Shown here piece after piece: positions 9,115 through 16,806 of a DNA stretch of 64,000 nucleotides. Origin of the DNA: Actinomycetota bacterium. Lineage in GTDB: Bacteria; Actinomycetota; Coriobacteriia; Anaerosomatales; SLCP01. The position numbers were made by a program, and so were the translations under genes. Position 1 is the first letter of the stretch. The number at the start of each line of letters is the position of its first letter. The notes beneath the pieces were generated by a model that saw nothing but the letters and a program-made list of their open reading frames with translations, was not told the DNA's origin and searched no databases. Location: the NCBI GenBank assembly GCA_037446725.1, contig JBBIIC010000010.1:1114-65113 (forward strand), written 5' to 3'.

Positions 9115-10401
9115 CTAGAGGTCCTCGACACGCAGGACGGTCTCGACGGACTCCAGGACGTCGAGCGCCTCGATCTCGGCGAGTGCGGACCGCACCGCCC
9201 GCTCAGTGGCGCGGTGGGTCACGTAGACGATCTCGGCTACCGGCTCGTCGGCCGACTTCTGGATGACGCTTGCGAGCGACACGCTGTGATCGCCGAAGAC
9301 CGAAGCGACCCGGCCGAGCACGCCCGGTTGGTCGGCGACGCGCAACCGCAGGTAGTACGGGGTCTCGAGGTCGCCGATGTCGCGAATGGGCAGCTGATCG
9401 TTGCACGTGCACCCCACGAGCCCGAGGCAGCCCCGGCTGATGTGGCGCGCCACCTCGATGACGTCGCCGACGACCGCGCTCGCCGCGGGAAGCGAACCAG
9501 CGCCCTCCCCGAAGAACATCGTCTCGCCGACAGCGTCGCCGATGACGTAGATCGCGTTGTAGACGCCGTTGACACTGGCGAGTGGATGCGACGCGCGGAT
9601 CATCGTCGGGTGCACGCGGATGTCGATGCCGCCCGGCGTCCGGCGCGCGATGGCGAGCAGTTTGACCGCATACCCCATCTCGGCCGCATACGCGATGTCG
9701 GAGGCGGACAGGGTGCGGATGCCCTCGGCGGGCACCTGGTCCATGACCACCCGGCTGTTGAACGCGATCGAGGCGAGGATGGCGATCTTGGCGGCCGCGT
9801 CGAGCCCGTCGACGTCGGCGGTCGGGTCGGCCTCCGCGAAGCCCTTTGCCTGCGCCTCGGCCAGCGCCTCGTCATAGCCCAGACCGTCCTCGGTCATGCG
9901 GGTGAGCATGTAGTTGGTCGTCCCGTTGACGATGCCCATCACGCTCGTGACCTCGTTGGAGACCAGGCAGTGCTTGAGCGGACTGATGATGGGGATGCCC
10001 CCACCGACGCTCGCCTCGAACGCGATGTCCACGCCGTGTGCCGCCGCAGTGTCCATGACCTCCTGGCCGTGCGCGGCCATGAGGGCCTTGTTCGCGGTGA
10101 CCACGCTCTTGCCGGCCTTCAGGGCCGAGAGCACTACGTCGCGGGCCACGCCGGTGCCGCCGATGAGCTCGATCACGACGTCGAGCGCGGGGTCGTTGAC
10201 GAGCTCGAACGCGTCGGTGGTGAACGATCCCTCGGGTAGGCCGAGTTCGGCGGCCCGTCCGGCGTCGCGGTCGGCGAACCGGGCGAGTGCGATGTCCACC
10301 CCGGCTCTCGTGCGGAAGTCCGCAGCATGCCGGCTGAAGATGTCTACGACGCCCGAGCCGACCGTTCCGAGGCCGACGAGGCCGACCTTCACGGTTTGCA
10401 T
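9115..10401 (-). CDS. hom: Homoserine dehydrogenase with C-terminal ACT domain
   Basis: Track ORF 9115..10443. VGLVGLGTVGSG Rossmann motif, and an ACT-like YYLRLRVADQPGVLGRVASVFG. I prefer the ATG at 10401 (MQTVKVG), preceded by GGAGGAATGTC. Confidence 0.93.
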   Translation of the reverse strand: MQTVKVGLVGLGTVGSGVVDIFSRHAADFRTRAGVDIALARFADRDAGRAAELGLPEGSFTTDAFELVNDPALDVVIELIGGTGVARDVVLSALKAGKSVVTANKALMAAHGQEVMDTAAAHGVDIAFEASVGGGIPIISPLKHCLVSNEVTSVMGIVNGTTNYMLTRMTEDGLGYDEALAEAQAKGFAEADPTADVDGLDAAAKIAILASIAFNSRVVMDQVPAEGIRTLSASDIAYAAEMGYAVKLLAIARRTPGGIDIRVHPTMIRASHPLASVNGVYNAIYVIGDAVGETMFFGEGAGSLPAASAVVGDVIEVARHISRGCLGLVGCTCNDQLPIRDIGDLETPYYLRLRVADQPGVLGRVASVFGDHSVSLASVIQKSADEPVAEIVYVTHRATERAVRSALAEIEALDVLESVETVLRVEDL

Positions 10402-10428
10402 GACATTCCTCCGCGCCTCTCGCAGGTC

Positions 10429-10513
10429 TGACCGGTCAGCCACCGGTCAGAGCGTATTGTACCCGAGTCCCGGCCCCCGACCGGCCCGCGCGGTGGTCAG
10501 AGAACGGTCAGAG
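10429..10513. repeat. Two pairs of 11-bp-phased direct repeats (ACCGGTCAG x2; GGTCAGAG x2) in the hom / island divergent intergenic region
   Basis: ACCGGTCAG at 10431-10439 and 10442-10450. GGTCAGAG at 10445-10452, 10495-10502 and 10506-10513. The palindrome TGACCGGTCA at 10429-10438 overlaps the first copy. Confidence 0.6.
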
Positions 10514-10572
10514 CCGGTTTGCGTCGCTGTGGATACTGGTGCACGAACGTTTGTTCGATGAGAGGGGTCGGG

Positions 10573-11220
10573 ATGGAACTGAAACGGAGCCTCGTGAGGA
10601 GCACGGCGGCAGTCGTGGCGATCGCGCTCGGCGCCACGCTGCCCGCTGCCGCCTTCGCCGCGTACAAGATGGTGCCGACGACGTGCACGAGCAGCTGCGC
10701 CAAACAGCAGACCACCTACTGGTGTGGCCCGGCGAGCACGCACTTCGTACTGCACTCGCAGGGAAGGAGCGTGACGCAGTCGACGCTCGCGAAGGAACTC
10801 GGGACCACGACCAGTGGTACGGCCATCGAGAGGATTCCCGCGATCCTCAACAAGTACAAGCGGGTCACCATCAAGTACGTGCACGTTCCTCGCACTTACA
10901 TAACCGGGATCGCACTCGTACGCAGCATCATCACTTACGCGGTCGACAGGAACTCGTGCGCCATCCCCTGCGTCAACCCGTACCCATACACCAACAGCGC
11001 GGGATACTACTCCCCCGGTTTGCCCACCTACAGTGGCAGCAAGGCGGGCGGACACTACGTCGTCATGCGCGGCTACGACATCTCGTCCACGAGCGACTAC
11101 GTGTACTACTTCGATCCGCACTACGATGCGACCCACTACGGCACCCACCGGGCGACCGTGAGCGCGATGGCCCGTTCGATCCTGGTGAAGAACTATGGCA
11201 GCCAGGGCGTCGTGTACTGA
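10573..11220 (+). CDS. Secreted papain-fold cysteine peptidase, C39-like (Peptidase_C39_2-type)
   Basis: Track ORF 10519..11220. I prefer the ATG at 10573 (MELKRSLVRSTAAVVAIALGATLPAAAFA signal peptide). YWCGPAS (Cys nucleophile context) and GGHYVVMRGYD...YYFDP (His context). Sampled lines are 55-60% GC, against about 80% in the next gene. Confidence 0.65.
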   Translation: MELKRSLVRSTAAVVAIALGATLPAAAFAAYKMVPTTCTSSCAKQQTTYWCGPASTHFVLHSQGRSVTQSTLAKELGTTTSGTAIERIPAILNKYKRVTIKYVHVPRTYITGIALVRSIITYAVDRNSCAIPCVNPYPYTNSAGYYSPGLPTYSGSKAGGHYVVMRGYDISSTSDYVYYFDPHYDATHYGTHRATVSAMARSILVKNYGSQGVVY

Positions 11221-12133
11221 GGGGAGCGCCGCGCGGCAAGCGCGGCCGCGGTCTGCCTGGCTGCTTTGCACGCTGGGCATGGCCTGGGGCCACGCGGCGC
11301 TCGGTGCGCTCGTCCTGGCCACGTCGGCGCTCGAGCCGGGGTGGGGCGGTTGGGCAGGAAGCCGTGCGATCGGTCTGCTGGCGTGGTCGGCGCTGTTGCC
11401 TGCAAGTATCGGCGTGGCGCTCGCCACCCTCACCGACGACCCGCTCGCGGCTGTACGCGGCTCCGGCCTGCCGTGGTACGCGCTTCCCGCGCCCGCCCTC
11501 GTCGGAGCGGCACTGCTGCTCGGATGGGCGACCCTCGCGCGGCGTGGGAGCCTGTGCCGCCGCGTGGCTCGAGCCGGCCTGGCGTGCGCAGTTCTGACCG
11601 CGATCCTCTCTGGCGTCGGCGTTCTGGGCGCCGCGGCACGGGAGCGTTCGGCCGAGCGACTGTTCCTCCGCATGACCTCGGGAGACGACCCGCCGTGGCA
11701 GGTGCCGGCTGCCCGGGCGACCGCCCGCGAGCTCGCCGGGCGTTACCCGGAGACCCGGTGGGCGTCGGAGGCATGGCGCGTCCTGGCACTCGACGCGGAG
11801 CTGCGCGGTGCCCCGGCTGACGCGGCTCGCGCGTGGCGCGGATTCGAGCGGTGTTTCGCCGACTATGAGCTGCCGGGCCGTGCACTGGCCGCGCTCGGTC
11901 TCGCCCGGGCACTCGACGGACGAGTGCCCGCTGACGAGCTGACCGCGCGCTACCTGGCCGCCCGCCACGGCATCGCCCGGGCGGGGCCGGACACCCAGTC
12001 CTGGATCGCACTTCGCGCAGCGGTCGACCTGGCCCGGCTCGCCCGACAGGGCTCCCTGTACGCGACCGCCTCCTACTGGGAGTCCAGAACGACCGCACCT
12101 GACGAGCACGCACCGACCCGAGATGGAGGATGA
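11195..12133 (+). CDS. Polytopic membrane protein with helical-repeat (TPR-like) C-terminal domain, unknown function
   Basis: 312 aa. About four hydrophobic segments in the N-terminal half, and an Ala/Arg/Leu-rich helical C-terminal half. The start is uncertain (11195 overlaps the upstream gene by 26 nt; the alternative ATG at 11279 lacks a clear SD). Confidence 0.5.
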   Translation: MAARASCTEGSAARQARPRSAWLLCTLGMAWGHAALGALVLATSALEPGWGGWAGSRAIGLLAWSALLPASIGVALATLTDDPLAAVRGSGLPWYALPAPALVGAALLLGWATLARRGSLCRRVARAGLACAVLTAILSGVGVLGAAARERSAERLFLRMTSGDDPPWQVPAARATARELAGRYPETRWASEAWRVLALDAELRGAPADAARAWRGFERCFADYELPGRALAALGLARALDGRVPADELTARYLAARHGIARAGPDTQSWIALRAAVDLARLARQGSLYATASYWESRTTAPDEHAPTRDGG

Positions 12134-12138
12134 GGACG

Positions 12139-13248
12139 ATGACCCGATCACAGGTGAGCACGCGGACACTGGCTGCGATGGTATGCACCGTCATGGTCGC
12201 CGGCATGCTGTTGGCGCTCCCCTCGTACCAGGACCGTTCCGCTCGAGCTCACGCCGATGAGGTCCGCAGTGACATCGCCCGCTCGTATCGCGACGCGCGG
12301 AGCTGGCGGGCGCACGTCGAGGAGCGGGAGCTCGTCAGCGAAGGGGTGTACCGCACGATCCGCTACCAGATCGTCGTCGCGGGTCCCGAACGATACCGTG
12401 TGGAGGCCGTCGAGCGGGACGAGCGCGGGCGGGAGGTGACGGCCGTGACCATCCGGGACGGTTCGACCGTCTACTCGTCCACACGGACCGAGGGGGAGGC
12501 CGCACGCGTGCTCGAGGTCCGCAACGTGCCCCCGACCCTCGCTGCGGTCACCGACAACGTCCTCGGCCAGCGCGTCCGCGACATCGCCCGCGCTACCTCG
12601 GCGCGCTATGTAGGCCGCGAGAACGTGCGGGGGCGCTCCGCGCTCAAACTCGCCATCGAACCGGGGCACGTCGTGTGGGTCGACGGTGAGTCCTCAATCC
12701 CGGTGCGCGAGCAGCTGCTCGCAGCCGACACCGTGACGCACGAACTCGAAGTGCTTTCGTTCGAACCGGACGCGGCCATCGAGCCGGCGGCGTTCGACAG
12801 GCCTTACCCCATGGGTGACCTCCACACCGTGGAGGATCTCGGCTTCAGGCCTGCAGCACCGTCCTCCGCGCCTTCCTCGCTCCTCGGCTTCGTGCCGCGT
12901 GCCATCGTACCGCCTGCCGGCTGGTCGCTCGTCGAATCGGGCTACACGGTACCCGGGGCCCACGGCGAGGCGGCCCCCGCCATGCCCGCGTGGATCGAGC
13001 GGTACGACACACCCGAAGGCCCGATGCTCGTGACGCAGTCGAAGGGACTCAAGAGCGACGAGCCGTTCGAGTCGGCCGGCGACGGCACCGACGGGCCGGA
13101 GTTCGCCAAGATCGACGGACGGACGGTCGCCTACTTCGCCGACGAATGGAGGACCCATGCAACGATTCAGGTCGAAGACGTGCTCGTGGTCATCGAGGGC
13201 CTTATGGGACCGGACACCCTGCTGCCCGCCGTCGGCCATGTGCGCTAG
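12139..13248 (+). CDS. Membrane-anchored LolA/RseB-fold-like protein with DUF4367-like C-terminal domain
   Basis: Track ORF 12130..13248. GGAGG at 12125-12129 fits the in-frame ATG at 12139 (MTRSQVSTRTLAAMVCTVMVAGMLLAL). The domain call rests on general resemblance only. Confidence 0.45.
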   Translation: MTRSQVSTRTLAAMVCTVMVAGMLLALPSYQDRSARAHADEVRSDIARSYRDARSWRAHVEERELVSEGVYRTIRYQIVVAGPERYRVEAVERDERGREVTAVTIRDGSTVYSSTRTEGEAARVLEVRNVPPTLAAVTDNVLGQRVRDIARATSARYVGRENVRGRSALKLAIEPGHVVWVDGESSIPVREQLLAADTVTHELEVLSFEPDAAIEPAAFDRPYPMGDLHTVEDLGFRPAAPSSAPSSLLGFVPRAIVPPAGWSLVESGYTVPGAHGEAAPAMPAWIERYDTPEGPMLVTQSKGLKSDEPFESAGDGTDGPEFAKIDGRTVAYFADEWRTHATIQVEDVLVVIEGLMGPDTLLPAVGHVR

Positions 13249-14164
13249 GCGCACGCACGGGCGCGGGAATCCGCCCCGCGCCATCATCGCGCTGCTCGCG
13301 CTCGCCCTCGCGGCGGTGGGCGTGGGGTGCGCGAACGGGGGGCCGCAGGGGCAGGACAGCGCGCCGGAGGCAACCAGGGCACCGGCCGCTCCGGATATCC
13401 TCGCCGACCTCGAGGGACTGAGCTTCGTGCGCGATGGCTCGATATGGACCATCGAGGACAGCGCAGAACGTCTGGTCGCCGACGGAGTGGACCCCTGGTC
13501 GCTCCGGTCCTCGCGAAGTGGTGACGCGGTGACCTGGGTCTCGCTCGACGGCCCGCACGCCCGGTTCGAGACGGCGGCCACCGGTGACTGGAGACCCGAG
13601 ACCCTTTGGGAGACCGATCTCGGCTCGCTCGTTGGGGAGGCGATGCATGACGATGTCGAAGACGTGCTCTGGCTCACAGTGAGCGGAGAGCAGACGAGCA
13701 CCGTCGGGTTCGCGGACCTCGCGCAGGATACCGAGGGCACCCTCGCACTGCCGGTGGATGCGGGGGGCTCCTTCTGCCTCGACCACCAGACGAACGCGCT
13801 GATCGTCGTGGGTGCCGCCCAACAGCCGGCCACACTCTGGCGGCTTACCGAGGGTGCACACGCCCTCTTCGAAGCGGCGACGCTCTTCACCCCGCGCTGT
13901 TCGCCTGACGGATCTCGTGTCGCCGTGACCGGAAGCGCACGCGCCGGTGACGAGCTCCGGCTGTGGGTCATCGACGTGACGAGCGGCTCGGCGACGCAGA
14001 TAGATACGGGAACCGCGACGCCCACCGACCCCGCGTGGTCGCCCGACGGCCTGCGACTCGCATTCCGCGACGCCCGGACCGGCACGGTGTGGACTACGCT
14101 CGCGCAGGGCGGGCGGGCATCCGACACGGGCCTGCAAGCGGATGAAGGGGGGCTTGCCTGGTAG
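13238..14164 (+). CDS. Lipoprotein with TolB-like (PD40/WD40-like) beta-propeller repeats
   Basis: Track ORF 13157..14164. The ATG at 13238 gives MCARRTHGRGNPPRAIIALLALALAAVGVGC (lipobox). Repeated motifs of the CSPDGSRVAV and AWSPDGLRLAF type. Confidence 0.6.
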   Translation: MCARRTHGRGNPPRAIIALLALALAAVGVGCANGGPQGQDSAPEATRAPAAPDILADLEGLSFVRDGSIWTIEDSAERLVADGVDPWSLRSSRSGDAVTWVSLDGPHARFETAATGDWRPETLWETDLGSLVGEAMHDDVEDVLWLTVSGEQTSTVGFADLAQDTEGTLALPVDAGGSFCLDHQTNALIVVGAAQQPATLWRLTEGAHALFEAATLFTPRCSPDGSRVAVTGSARAGDELRLWVIDVTSGSATQIDTGTATPTDPAWSPDGLRLAFRDARTGTVWTTLAQGGRASDTGLQADEGGLAW

Positions 14165-14169
14165 CGCCG

Positions 14170-14907
14170 ATGAGCGCCGCTGTGACACGATGCATCCACA
14201 CGCAGGGCCTCCGGCACCACAGAGAGGGGCAAGCCGCGACTGTGGCCACGCTCACCGGGATAGCGCCGTTTGTCATAGCCGGCTCGATACTGCCGACCTG
14301 GACGATCCTGGTGATCGCCCTGCTCGGGACAGCCCGTCCGGTCGCCAACGCCTTCTTCTTCATACTGGGCAACGCGACATTTCGTACCGTGCTCGGGCTG
14401 GCGGTGCTCTTCGTCCTGCCGCTGCCGGACAGTGAGAGCTTCAGACTGGACTCCGGTGCATGGGATGCCCGGTTGGTCATCGCGATCGGCCTTGGCCTCG
14501 TGCTCCTTGCCGCGTGGCTCTGGACGCGCCGTGCCACGCAAGAAGGCCCGAGCTGGGTCGAGCGTGCCGAGAACATCCGACCGCGCACCGCATTCCTCAC
14601 CGGGGCGGTCGTTACCGCGTCACCTGGAGTCCAGTACGCCTACCTGCTCGGGGGCCTTGCTGTGATACTCGAGACCACCTCGAGCCGCGTCGGCGAAGTG
14701 GTCGCGCTCGTCTTGTTCGCGCTCGCGCTCCAGTGGATGCTCGCGCTCCCGATCGTGATCTACCTGCTGTTCCCCGCCCAGTCCGCCCGCGTGCTCGAGC
14801 GCATGAAGGCCTGGCTCGGCGCGTACGGCCAACGCCTTGTTGCCGGAGTCCTCGGCGCGGCGGGTGCCTACGTCACGTACACGGGCATCGTGCAGCTGCT
14901 CGGCTGA
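14170..14907 (+). CDS. Polytopic membrane protein (GAP/LysE-like, about 6 TM by eye)
   Basis: 245 aa, very hydrophobic (IAPFVIAGSILPTWTILVIALLG, LVIAIGLGLVLLAAWLW and others). The family assignment is tentative. Confidence 0.45.
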   Translation: MSAAVTRCIHTQGLRHHREGQAATVATLTGIAPFVIAGSILPTWTILVIALLGTARPVANAFFFILGNATFRTVLGLAVLFVLPLPDSESFRLDSGAWDARLVIAIGLGLVLLAAWLWTRRATQEGPSWVERAENIRPRTAFLTGAVVTASPGVQYAYLLGGLAVILETTSSRVGEVVALVLFALALQWMLALPIVIYLLFPAQSARVLERMKAWLGAYGQRLVAGVLGAAGAYVTYTGIVQLLG

Positions 14908-14923
14908 GCGCAGCGGACACCGC

Positions 14924-15424
14924 TTAGAACATGTCCCCGATCCCCGCGTCGAGGCCGACGGTCGCCGACACCGAGGTGCTGCCGCCCGGCTCCGCCCGGA
15001 CCGTGATCACCGACTGCGCCCCGGCACCCTTCGAGAGGTAGAGCGCGACACCCCACCCGCTCCCGTCCTCGAGCGGCTCCTCGCGGTCGAGTACCCAGTT
15101 GGCCCCCGCGTACGCCCGGCGGTACCACTCCGCGACCGACTCGGCCGGCTCTGTGGACCGAAGGTCATAGCCCCACAGCGTTCCCGGCGTGACCTCCTGG
15201 GTCGAGAGCACCTTCGCATCGTAGACGGGGACCTGGAACGGGAAGCCCTCGGCGAGCTCGGCTGTCTTGCGCTCGGTCGACATGGCTTGTGCGGGCACGT
15301 CGACAGCCGGGCGCTCCCCGGCGGTACCGTCGCCCGGCACCGTGCGCCCGCACCCCGCGGACACGACGATGGCAACCGCCAGGACGGCTGGGAGGAACGC
15401 AGCAAAGGGCACGCGCCGAAGCAC
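14924..15424 (-). CDS. Small lipoprotein, unknown function
   Basis: In-frame 3' part of track ORF 14924..15907. GTG at 15424 gives MLRRVPFAAFLPAVLAVAIVVSAGC (lipobox), 5 nt after the lysA stop. The upstream 161 codons of the tracked ORF overlap lysA and are rejected. Confidence 0.55.
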   Translation of the reverse strand: MLRRVPFAAFLPAVLAVAIVVSAGCGRTVPGDGTAGERPAVDVPAQAMSTERKTAELAEGFPFQVPVYDAKVLSTQEVTPGTLWGYDLRSTEPAESVAEWYRRAYAGANWVLDREEPLEDGSGWGVALYLSKGAGAQSVITVRAEPGGSTSVSATVGLDAGIGDMF

Positions 15425-15429
15425 CTCCG

Positions 15430-16797
15430 CTATCCCTCCAGCACGTCGTTGCGCATGAGGTCGTCGTAGCTCTCCCGCCTGATGACCCAGCGCCACGTCC
15501 CGTCGCGCACGAAGACCACACCCGGGCGAACCTGCTTGTTGTAGTTGCTCGCCATCGACTGGCAGTAGGCGCCGGTCGCGCAGACGCAGAGTACGTCGCC
15601 GGGCTCGGGGCACTGCAGCGGCGCGTCGTTCACGACGATGTCGCCGCTCTCGCAGTGCTTGCCCGCGACCGTGGCCACCATCTCGCGCGGCTGGTCGGCC
15701 TTGTTGGCAAGCAGCGCCTCGTAGTGCGCGTCGTAGAGCGAGGTCCGGATGTTGTCGGACATACCACCGTCGACCGCCACGTAGGTGCGGATGTCCGGGA
15801 TCTCCTTGATAGACCCGACCGTGTACAACGTCACGCCCGCGTTCGCGACGATCGAACGGCCCGGCTCGACCGCCATCCTCGGCACCGCGAGGCCGTGCTT
15901 CTCGCACTCCTCCTTGATGCCGTCGACGACAACCTTGCCGAAGTCCTTCACGGTGGACGGCTCGTCGGGCGCGCCGTAGGCCACACCGAGCCCGCCTCCG
16001 ACGTCGAGCATACGCACTGCCTGTCCGGTCTCGCTCTCGATCTCGCGCATGAACGCGACGATCACCTCGATCGCCCGCGCGAAGCTGTGGAGCGCGAATA
16101 TCTGCGAACCGATGTGCATGTGCAGGCCCTCGAACTCGATCCCCTCAAGCTCGATGGCGCGCCTGACCGCCTCCATCGCGAGTCCCTGGTTCAGGCCGAA
16201 CCCGAACTTCGAGTCCTCGGCACCGGTCATGATGAAGTCGTGGGTGTCAGCCTCCACGCCGGGCGTCACACGGATGAGGACCTTCTGCGTCTGGCCGCGC
16301 GCAGAGGCCAGCGCCGACAGGCGCTCCATCTCCTCGAAATTGTCGACCACGATGCGGCCGACGCCTGCCTCGAGGCACTCGGCGAGCTCGGCCGGCGTCT
16401 TGTTGTTGCCGTGAACCTGGACGCGCTCCATCGGGAACCCGGCACGCACGGCGTAGGCGAGCTCGCCGCCCGAGGCGCAGAGCAGACAGCAGCCCTCCTC
16501 GGCGACGATGCGCACCATCTCGAGCGAGAGGAACGCCTTGCCGGCGTAGACGACGTCGACGTCGGGCCAGTGGTAGCGCGTCCAGCGCGCGTATTCGGAG
16601 AGTTGGTGCCGTATGGTCGCCTCGTCCATGACGTAGAGGGCCGTCCCCGCCTCACGCGCGAGCTCGACCGTGTCCACCCCGCCGATCCACAGGTGCCCGT
16701 CTCGCACTTCGGCCGTCATGGGAAGCACCGGCGCGAGGTCGGCGGCGGTCTTGCGGTCCGGCACCGCGGGCGGCCGCGGCGTGCTGGGCTTGCCCAT
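15430..16797 (-). CDS. lysA: Diaminopimelate decarboxylase
   Basis: 455 aa. PLP-dependent Orn/DAP decarboxylase motifs (YAGKAF, HIGSQI, CESGD). GGAGG lies 5 nt upstream of the ATG. Confidence 0.95.
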   Translation of the reverse strand: MGKPSTPRPPAVPDRKTAADLAPVLPMTAEVRDGHLWIGGVDTVELAREAGTALYVMDEATIRHQLSEYARWTRYHWPDVDVVYAGKAFLSLEMVRIVAEEGCCLLCASGGELAYAVRAGFPMERVQVHGNNKTPAELAECLEAGVGRIVVDNFEEMERLSALASARGQTQKVLIRVTPGVEADTHDFIMTGAEDSKFGFGLNQGLAMEAVRRAIELEGIEFEGLHMHIGSQIFALHSFARAIEVIVAFMREIESETGQAVRMLDVGGGLGVAYGAPDEPSTVKDFGKVVVDGIKEECEKHGLAVPRMAVEPGRSIVANAGVTLYTVGSIKEIPDIRTYVAVDGGMSDNIRTSLYDAHYEALLANKADQPREMVATVAGKHCESGDIVVNDAPLQCPEPGDVLCVCATGAYCQSMASNYNKQVRPGVVFVRDGTWRWVIRRESYDDLMRNDVLEG

Positions 16798-16806
16798 GGG
16801 TTCCTC

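Noticed and set aside
12694-14541. 615-aa minus-strand ORF across the envelope island
   Set aside because: It is antisense to three plus-strand genes that have signal peptides, lipoboxes and coherent domain patterns. Its translation is Arg/Pro/Ser/Ala-rich without structure.
15425-15907. N-terminal 161 codons of tracked ORF 14924..15907
   Set aside because: This part overlaps lysA in another frame and is low-complexity. Only the 3' 166 codons, beginning with a lipoprotein signal peptide right after the lysA stop, look like a real gene.
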